Positions 27,822 to 27,943 of a DNA stretch of 27,943 nt are shown here, piece by piece (within the stretch, counting starts at the first letter, position 1; each line of letters starts with the position of its first letter). The position numbers and the translations under genes were made by a program. This DNA comes from Candidatus Krumholzibacteriota bacterium. Lineage in GTDB: Bacteria; Krumholzibacteriota; Krumholzibacteriia; LZORAL124-64-63. The DNA is taken from positions 1 to 27,943 of the forward strand of contig JBDLKA010000041.1 of the NCBI GenBank assembly GCA_039714075.1, read 5' to 3'. The notes under the pieces are model-generated. The model had not been told where the DNA came from and ran no database searches. It worked only from the letters and a program-made list of their open reading frames with translations.

Positions 27822-27943
27822 ATGGCCGCCGCCAAGAAGAAGGCGACCAAGAAAAAGGCGAAGAAGAAAAAGGCTGCCAAGAAGAAGGCCACCAAGAAAA
27901 AGGTGACCAAGAAAAAGGCCGCCAAGAAGAATGGGACGAAGAA
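27822..27943 (+). CDS. 5'-partial protein with Lys/Ala-rich histone-H1-like N-terminus (truncated by the window end)
   Basis: Open frame MAAAKKKATKKKAKKKKAAKKKATKKKVTKKKAAKKNGTK… after GGAGGAG. In-frame alternative starts at 27801 and 27819. Not in the ORF track. Confidence 0.75.
   Translation, partial: MAAAKKKATKKKAKKKKAAKKKATKKKVTKKKAAKKNGTK

Noticed and set aside
27503..27943. Integrative element at tRNA-Leu
   Set aside because: No integrase or duplicated tRNA 3' end is visible in the window, and a normal terminator follows.

Overview
This is a GC-rich window from a diderm bacterium; the gene content suggests an FCB-group lineage outside Bacteroidia, which is inference only. The left half (1-15.4 kb) is an envelope cluster. 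It encodes a large TonB-dependent receptor, a ~960-aa secreted protein with a T9SS type-A-like C-terminal sorting domain, a PorV/PorQ-family barrel, a divergent GWxTD-domain protein, exbB-exbD-exbD-tonB, TolC plus an orphan MacB/LolD-type ATPase, and a rhomboid protease with a TPR-like tail. The right half is housekeeping: aspartokinase on the minus strand, radC-mreBCD-mrdA-rodA-lgt-aroE-comF, pgk, secG, tRNA-Leu(GAG), and the start of a Lys-rich protein. The best candidate for an undescribed system is the receptor/CTD-cargo/PorV triad with its neighbouring GWxTD protein and Ton motor. Smaller points are an 11-bp tandem repeat between promoter-like boxes upstream of lgt, degenerate ACT domains in the aspartokinase, and a hairpin-rich leader after the tRNA. 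All family calls are by motif recognition; no database searches were run.
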